Origin: an uncultured Acidobacteriota bacterium
GTDB lineage: Bacteria > Acidobacteriota > UBA4820 > DSQY01
Direction: 5' to 3'
DNA length: 64,000 nt
Assembly (NCBI GenBank): GCA_963724125.1
Contig: CAVRTJ010000011.1
Coordinates: 64,529 to 128,528, forward strand
Positions 58,765 to 64,000 of this stretch are shown here, one piece after another (positions within the stretch are counted from its first letter, which is position 1; the number at the start of each line of letters is the position of its first letter). A program made the position numbers and the translations under genes. Under the pieces are notes generated by a model, which saw only the letters and a list, made by a program, of their open reading frames with translations, searched no databases and had not been told where the DNA came from.

Positions 58765-59555
58765 ACGGGAGGCAGAAAATGAGGCGCACCGATAACCGCG
58801 GCGAGAAGGAAGGGGAGCCCACCCGCCAATGCGCCGATGAACAGGTGCACCACGATCTTGGGAAACCAGGCTTTCGCGACGACCGTTTCATTGAGTACGG
58901 ATTCCAGGAAGAAGCACGCCAGCACCGAGAGGAACAGGCCGAGAACAACGAGCGGCATCCACCCCCCCAGAACGCCCGAGCCGGTGGGGACGCCGAGCCG
59001 CTCCAGATCGCTCCGGAGAAAAGCCACGTGAAAACGCGTGAGGGCCTTGCCGGCGAGATTTTCCTGGACCAGGAAGCTGGCGTAGAAGGCGCCGCAAAAA
59101 AGGAGAAGTGTAGCCCCTCCCGCCAGACTGCCCAGAAAGCTCACTCCGCCGGGTTCCCCGGCCCGCGCTTTCCTGCGGCCCCACAGCAGCCACGTCCCGG
59201 CATCGGAGAGCTTGCCGATCTCGGAGGCGACCGTGTCGGCCGCGTAGGCCGCCAGGGCGGCCACGAAGGCAAGAGGAGAGACGAGGGCGAAAAGCGCGGG
59301 GAAGAGTCCCTTCGAGAAGACCGATGTCATGCCTCTTCGCCCCCCATCCTCTTCGGCTATCTTGCGGGCCCGCTTTCGGTCGCGGCCCACGTAGGTGCTC
59401 CCGTTTGCAGCGAGGTAGAAGAGCAGGAGGAAGCCATAACCCTCCCAGCCGAGGCCCGCGGCCACGAGAGTGCCCCAGAGTATTCCCAGCAGGGCCGAAG
59501 GGCCCGTGACCCATCGGAAGCGCCACGCCGCCGTGCCGAGCGCGGCGTTCAGCAC
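58749..59555 (-). CDS. DUF92 / TMEM19-family integral membrane protein (VTE6-like candidate polyprenyl-phosphate kinase)
   Basis: 268-aa polytopic membrane ORF overlapping the UbiA start. Probably the C-terminal part of, or a partner to, the upstream prenol-kinase-like ORF (frameshift around 59600). Confidence 0.5.
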   Translation of the reverse strand: MLNAALGTAAWRFRWVTGPSALLGILWGTLVAAGLGWEGYGFLLLFYLAANGSTYVGRDRKRARKIAEEDGGRRGMTSVFSKGLFPALFALVSPLAFVAALAAYAADTVASEIGKLSDAGTWLLWGRRKARAGEPGGVSFLGSLAGGATLLLFCGAFYASFLVQENLAGKALTRFHVAFLRSDLERLGVPTGSGVLGGWMPLVVLGLFLSVLACFFLESVLNETVVAKAWFPKIVVHLFIGALAGGLPFLLAAVIGAPHFLPPVWLMK

Positions 59556-59639
59556 CAGCAGGGCGACGAGCGAAACGCCCAGGCTGCCGCCGAAAGTGCG
59601 CAGGGCGGGTTCGAGGTCGTAATGAAAGAAGTCCAGCCA

Positions 59640-60300
59640 AGGAAAGACGGCCGAAGAAGATCAGCACGAGACCGGAGGCCAGCGGGACGGTCAGGTTGTC
59701 GTCAATCTGGCCGGGGAGGCTCTCGACGACCGCGCCGACGAGGGTGGCGAGAAGGCAGGTCGGCCCGAGGTGCCAGAAGCCCGGCGCCGAGAACCGCAGG
59801 TCTCCGAACGCGACGAAATGGGCGAACAAAGTCGAAAACAGGGTGCCGAACACGATGAAACCCGCGAGGCCGGTCCATCTCTTTTCCCGGTTCCACGGGA
59901 GGGTGGGGCCTCTAAAGGCAAGTCCGCAGAGGGCGGCGAAGGCGTCGCCGAAGGCGAGAATGGCCCAGGCTCCCGCCACCGCCCACAGGACGTGCGGCTG
60001 AGCCCCTCCGGCCGCCCGTCTGACGGGATCCAGGCCGGGCGTGACGGCGGGAAAAAGCAGGCAGAGCAGAAGGACGACGGCGGGGTATCCGATCATGCCC
60101 GAGTATCCACGGGCCTTCTCCTCCGGACGTTCGAGCTTCTTCATCCCGTAACGGGGAAACAGCCAGAGGTTGTGGGCGAGGGCGATGAAGGCGCACAGGG
60201 CGCCCTCGAGGGGCGTCAGCCAGTACAGGACCAGTGCGAACAGGCCCATGGCCATGTGAAGGAGTTTTCGAATGACCTCGCGCTTCGTGTCCGCCTTCAT
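59640..60300 (-). CDS. CTP-transferase-superfamily polyprenol (phytol/dolichol)-kinase-like membrane protein
   Basis: MKADTKREVIRKLLHMAMGLFALVLYWL...GDAFAALCGLAFRGPTLPWNREKRWTGLAGFIVFG...ESLPGQIDDNLTVPLASGLVLIFF. Beyond this point the track ORF runs into a wrong frame. Confidence 0.5.
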
Positions 60301-60540
60301 TCAGGCTCTGCGCCTGACGGCGCGGTGAAGTCGGCGGGAGAAAGAGCTTCGAAGAAGCCCGCCTGGTGAAGGGTTAAGAGGTGAAGGCGCCGGCCGGCAT
60401 CGGCCGGCCGCTGCAACGGCCCATCCCGAGCCGTTTCTAAATCCCAAATCCCAATTCCCAAATCCCAAATTCCCCCCGTCTGCCGCTTCATAAATCCCAA
60501 ATCCCGAATCCCAATTCCCAAATCCCCAATAACCGCTTTA
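60301..60540. repeat. Mosaic intergenic repeat, copy B (inverted, near-identical to 23884-24046) plus an extra heptad array
   Basis: gcgcctgacggcgcggtgaagtcggcgggagaaagagcttcgaagaagcccgcctggtgaagggtt...ccatcccgagccgtttCTAAATCCCAAATCCCAATTCCCAAATCCCAAATTCC...ATAAATCCCAAATCCCGAATCCCAATTCCCAAATCC. Confidence 0.8.
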
Positions 60541-62739
60541 CTAATAGTTCCCCGTCGCTCCGTAGAGGTCGACGACGGTTCCGGCGCCCTTGAGGCTCAC
60601 GAGAAAGCGGTACTCCGAATCGCGAAACCCGCCGATCGTGCGTCGCCCGGCTTCGAACCCGACCGAGTAGCACGAGCCGCGGTACCAGAAAATGAGACGC
60701 TGGTTGCGCCAGTCGCCCTTCAGGAGGTCCCTTTCGAGGTAGGGGGTTACGGTGACGTGTCCGTCGGCGAGGGTGAACGACGCTGCGAAACGCAATTCCC
60801 TGGCCGCCGGGTTGACGACCTGCGAAGCGTTCAGGCTGGTGCTTAGGTTCTGGGTCTTGAGATAGGAGAGCGTGATGAAGTCGTCCCTCTTTGAGCTCTT
60901 CGGGCGGTAGGTCAGGGACAGAAACTGAGAGTCGACGGCGTGGTTCAAAACGTCGTAGCGAAGCCGGAAATCGGCGCTCCAATCCACGCTGGGCCATGCA
61001 CGGACGAGCAGCGAGACCGGAGAGAAGCGGCTCGAGCTGTCGCCGGTGACGGAGAGGCCGCGGCCGAAACTGTGTTCCTGGTACAGTGAGCTGTCGAAAA
61101 CGAGCCTGCCCTTCTGCCCGTAGATACGGTTGCGGACGCCGTAGCGGACGAGGTCCTGGTCCAGGCCGACCTGGTCCACCTCGTCGAAGACCGGCGCGTG
61201 CAAGGCGTTGGCGTCGCGCGAGACGTACGTGTAGGTGAAGAAGGGCTCGATGACGTGCTTGAGCCCGCTCGAGTATTTGCGAAAGAGGCGCGGACCGCTC
61301 ACGTCCACGGAGGCGTGGGCGTAGTTCCTCCAGAGCGATCCGCCGTCGTATTTGCCCGTGTACGGATCCAGGCTGCTGGTGTACCCGGTTGACCTGAGTT
61401 CCAGGCGCGGCGTCACATCCATCCACAGGGTGGGGTGGAGAGGCCACTCGAAAAACGGGTGGAGATCGAGGCGCTGGTAGGTGAGGGAGTGCTTGACGGG
61501 TTGGGGCAGGTAGTCGGCATAGTCCTTCTGAAACGCGTCCGCGGAGGTTTCAAATCCAAAGTACAACCCGTGGCCGATGGACTTGAGGCTCGAGCGCAGC
61601 TCGATCCCCGGGAGCGTCTTCTGGGTGAGGTCCCTGTCCTCCGTGAAGTACTGGAGCCGCCTTTCGAGCTTGGCCGTAAAGGCGTAGGGCCCCCAATTCC
61701 TGATCAGGAAGATGCGGGAATCGGTGCCGGACACGGTTCCCTTGTAATAATCGCGCTGGTAGTCGCGGGGAAAGTTGATGTCGGAAAGCAGGTTTACGTC
61801 CGCCACGAAATACCAGCCCTTCCTGAAATTCTGTATGTGCGTCCACGTGAAGTCCCACCGCTTCTTGTGGTTGGTTTTCTGGCGGATGTAGTACCCGTGA
61901 AACCACCCGTAGGTGGCGGTGGAAGGAACGTAGCGAAACTCCTCGCCCACGCCCACGCCCATCGTGCTGAAGGTGTCCAGGTACACGGTGTCGTCCCACC
62001 AGTCCTGCGGGGCGATGAACAGGGCGTTGTTCAGGGTGAATCCCTTGCTCGTGGAGTTGCCTATTTCCGGGATCAACAGGCCTGTCGAGCGCTCGGGTTT
62101 AATGGGCCAGATGAGATAGGGAAGGTAGATGATCGGCGCTTGCCGGATATGGAAGCGGGGATTCGTGAGGAAGGCGTAGTGGTCCACGTGGAACTTCGCT
62201 GTGCTCACCTTCATGCTCCATGGCGGCACAGCCGCGGCGCAGGAAGTGAACGTTCCGTCGATTACCTGAAACCACCCGTCGCCTATCTTCTTGATGGCCT
62301 TTCCGTAGACCGTGAAATCCCCGTTCTTCTGCACTCCGTAAGCATCCATCAACGTGCCCGTGCCCTTCTTGAGGTCGTAATGGAGTTCGGAGCCGGAGGC
62401 CGTGAAGTCCTCGAAGTCGACGGCCACCTGTCCGGTCGCCCAGAGCGTTCCTTTGTTCGTGTCGTAGGTGACGGAATCGGCCGTGAGAAACATGCCCTGG
62501 TTGGAAAAGCGCACGTTGCCTTCGGCGACGTAAACGCCGGGGGTGAGGGTCGTGATTTTGTCGAACGTCATGTGGAACTTGGAGGGCGCGGTTTTTTGAA
62601 TCTTTCCTTCGCCCTTCCCGCCCTTAAGAGCTTTTGGAGACGGTGCAGGCATCTGGGGATGCCAGGGGATCGGCGTTATCTGGCCGTGGACGGCAAGCGT
62701 CGCCATGAGAAGGCACAGGACGCCCAGGATGCGCCTCAC
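60541..62739 (-). CDS. lptD: LPS-assembly outer-membrane protein LptD (OstA)
   Basis: GTG start overlapping the Memo-like gene stop (GTGA). Signal peptide VRRILGVLCLLMATLAVHG. OstA N-terminal domain (...YVAEGNVRFSNQGMFLTADSVTYDTNKGTLWATGQVAV...). Long C-terminal beta-barrel. Confidence 0.8.
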   Translation of the reverse strand: MRRILGVLCLLMATLAVHGQITPIPWHPQMPAPSPKALKGGKGEGKIQKTAPSKFHMTFDKITTLTPGVYVAEGNVRFSNQGMFLTADSVTYDTNKGTLWATGQVAVDFEDFTASGSELHYDLKKGTGTLMDAYGVQKNGDFTVYGKAIKKIGDGWFQVIDGTFTSCAAAVPPWSMKVSTAKFHVDHYAFLTNPRFHIRQAPIIYLPYLIWPIKPERSTGLLIPEIGNSTSKGFTLNNALFIAPQDWWDDTVYLDTFSTMGVGVGEEFRYVPSTATYGWFHGYYIRQKTNHKKRWDFTWTHIQNFRKGWYFVADVNLLSDINFPRDYQRDYYKGTVSGTDSRIFLIRNWGPYAFTAKLERRLQYFTEDRDLTQKTLPGIELRSSLKSIGHGLYFGFETSADAFQKDYADYLPQPVKHSLTYQRLDLHPFFEWPLHPTLWMDVTPRLELRSTGYTSSLDPYTGKYDGGSLWRNYAHASVDVSGPRLFRKYSSGLKHVIEPFFTYTYVSRDANALHAPVFDEVDQVGLDQDLVRYGVRNRIYGQKGRLVFDSSLYQEHSFGRGLSVTGDSSSRFSPVSLLVRAWPSVDWSADFRLRYDVLNHAVDSQFLSLTYRPKSSKRDDFITLSYLKTQNLSTSLNASQVVNPAARELRFAASFTLADGHVTVTPYLERDLLKGDWRNQRLIFWYRGSCYSVGFEAGRRTIGGFRDSEYRFLVSLKGAGTVVDLYGATGNY

Positions 62740-63570
62740 ACGGTCTCCTTGTAGATGCGTACGCCTGCGTAGGACACGACTTCCCTGTCGTCGCCCGTGA
62801 CCATGCCCGAGTGGGTATAGTCCACGAGCTCCGATCGGTCGGCGCCCAGCTCTTTCGCGGCAAACAGGGCCGCGACGGCGGGCGCGAACCCGCACATGGT
62901 GATACGGTTCTTCATGACGACGCGGTGGAGTTCTTCGGGTGCGAGGCGCTGGAGCGCGTCCAGTGCAATATCGTCCTTCCTTCGGTTGGTTTCGGCGTCC
63001 TCGTAGTGGTTCATGTCGCTCGAAACGACGATGCCCACCGGTTCCCCGGAAGCCGCTATGACGGCTGCCATGCCGCATCCCGAGGGCTTCCAGGAGTTTC
63101 ATGTCCTGGGTTCCCACGCAGACGGGAACGATACTGAAGCTTTCGAGCATGACCTGGAGGAAGGGGAGTTGAACCTCGATGGCGTGCTCGCGCATGTGGG
63201 CGATCTCGTCGGCTTCGATTACAGGCGTCGAGGCCATGAGCGCGTCGCTCAATGCCTCGTTCACGGGAACCGTCCCCAGGGGAGTTTCCCAGGCACCCTT
63301 CGCCCAGCAGGAGATCGGGGTGCCGAGACCCGTGTGATTGGGGCACAGGATGATGAGCTTATCCGGCAGTGTCGCGGCGGCGAAGGTCTTTCCCGCAGTG
63401 GCGCCGCTGTAGATGTAACCCGCGTGAGGCACGAGGACGGCGATGGACGCGACGGGCTCCATCATGCGGACCAGCAGGCGTTCGACCGATGTCTTCAACT
63501 GGAGGGGGTGGTCCGGGTAGAACATCCCGGCGACGGCGGGCTTCCTTACCGGGTTTCGTCCGAAAACCAT
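62736..63570 (-). CDS. Memo1-like (AmmeMemoRadiSam system protein B family) protein, one frameshift near 63060
   Basis: MVFGRNPVRKPAVAGMFYPDHP...LVPHAGYIYSGATAG.... The C-terminal part is in ORF 62736..63071 (...VSSDMNHYEDAETNRRKD...RITMCGFAPAVAAL...). Confidence 0.65.
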
Positions 63571-63711
63571 GGGACACCTCCTCGTCCGGATCGGGCGGCT
63601 GCGTGCCGGTGAGGCGCATCGTGCCGGGCATCCCGGCGCCCGCCCATAAGATAACACCGGACCGGTGACGCTTCAACGCCGACGGAAAAGGCGGATAGCC
63701 GCCCGGCGGTG

Positions 63712-64000
63712 TCAGATGAGGAAGAGAGGGAGAAGCCCCGCGGCCGTCAGGATGGCGAGCGCGGCAAGACTCATGACGCCGGTCTTCCTGTCGGCGAAGG
63801 CGAAAGCGTAGAGGCCTTTGACGAAATTGTTGCTGGCCGAGGCGATGACAATGCCTGCGGCGGCCGTGTGGAAGGCCGTGGCGGCACCGGCCGTCTGGGT
63901 CAGGCTGAGGATGAACGGGTCGACGTCGGTGACACCCATGAGTGCAGACAGCGCGTACAAGGCGCCGATGCCGAGGTGCTTGACGGTGAGGTCGGTCAGG
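63712..64000 (-). CDS. Membrane protein fragment (partial at window edge)
   Basis: Hydrophobic ...TAAAGIVIASASNNFVKGLYAFAFADRKTG.... Identity unclear. Confidence 0.3.
   Translation of the reverse strand, partial: LTDLTVKHLGIGALYALSALMGVTDVDPFILSLTQTAGAATAFHTAAAGIVIASASNNFVKGLYAFAFADRKTGVMSLAALAILTAAGLLPLFLI

Noticed and set aside
60541-63657. 1038-aa ORF read as a single giant protein
   Set aside because: It is a read-through artefact joining lptD (GTG start at 62739, own signal peptide) to the frameshifted Memo-like gene upstream. The middle roughly 250 aa are out-of-frame Arg-rich sequence.

Overview
This window is high-GC (about 63%) bacterial chromosomal DNA whose gene content resembles a deltaproteobacterium (Desulfobacterota-like). 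Supporting genes are a Geobacter-style chemotaxis cluster with HEAT-repeat and receiver proteins, OorDABC/KorDABC-type 2-oxoacid:ferredoxin oxidoreductase next to sucCD, and many secreted PKD/FN3/BNR proteins.

Genes left to right:
- cheB (partial), cheR, a frameshifted zinc-ribbon/REC/HEAT-repeat chemotaxis gene and cheW.
- A GGDEF diguanylate cyclase (+), an ECF sigma factor and a roughly 1200-aa gingipain-like C25 peptidase.
- A compact kinase / PqqD / radical SAM-SPASM cassette followed by an unannotated 41-aa Cys/Gly/Ser-rich peptide. This is the best candidate for an undescribed system.
- ndk, korDABC, sucDC, a MarR regulator and a GNAT acetyltransferase.
- A dpp/opp-type ABC uptake operon (binding protein plus two permeases, no ATPase), holA, a two-receiver degenerate-GGDEF regulator and a TPR lipoprotein.
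- A zinc-ribbon/GspG-like fusion, a 4xPKD protein, leuS, lptE and a membrane protein.
- A repeat-rich accessory stretch at about 36.1-50.2 kb: REC-asparaginase fusion, roughly 0.9 kb of structured non-coding DNA, a BNR propeller protein, LemA-TPM-TPM, pepE, a 3'-5' exonuclease, chrA, and a low-GC islet carrying a secreted hypothetical protein plus a B12-radical SAM/DUF4070 enzyme.
- A DevC-like permease with three tandem HlyD adaptors, an APC amino-acid permease, cytochrome c, a UbiA prenyltransferase/DUF92/prenol-kinase module, lptD and a Memo-like protein.

Two features run through the whole window. First, a modular family of intergenic repeats (GGGATTT-type heptad arrays, a GGCCTTCGAAGGCC palindrome, a CGGCTCGGGACGAGCCG hairpin and GATCACTCG tandems) occupies at least 8 intergenic sites, including a roughly 160-200 bp pair in inverted orientation 36 kb apart. 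Second, about a quarter of the genes carry homopolymer-associated frameshifts (for example a TTT to TT deletion in the GGDEF gene and an 8-G run in the 35.8 kb gene). These are most simply read as assembly indel errors rather than real pseudogenes. Manually derived coordinates may be off by 1-2 nt.
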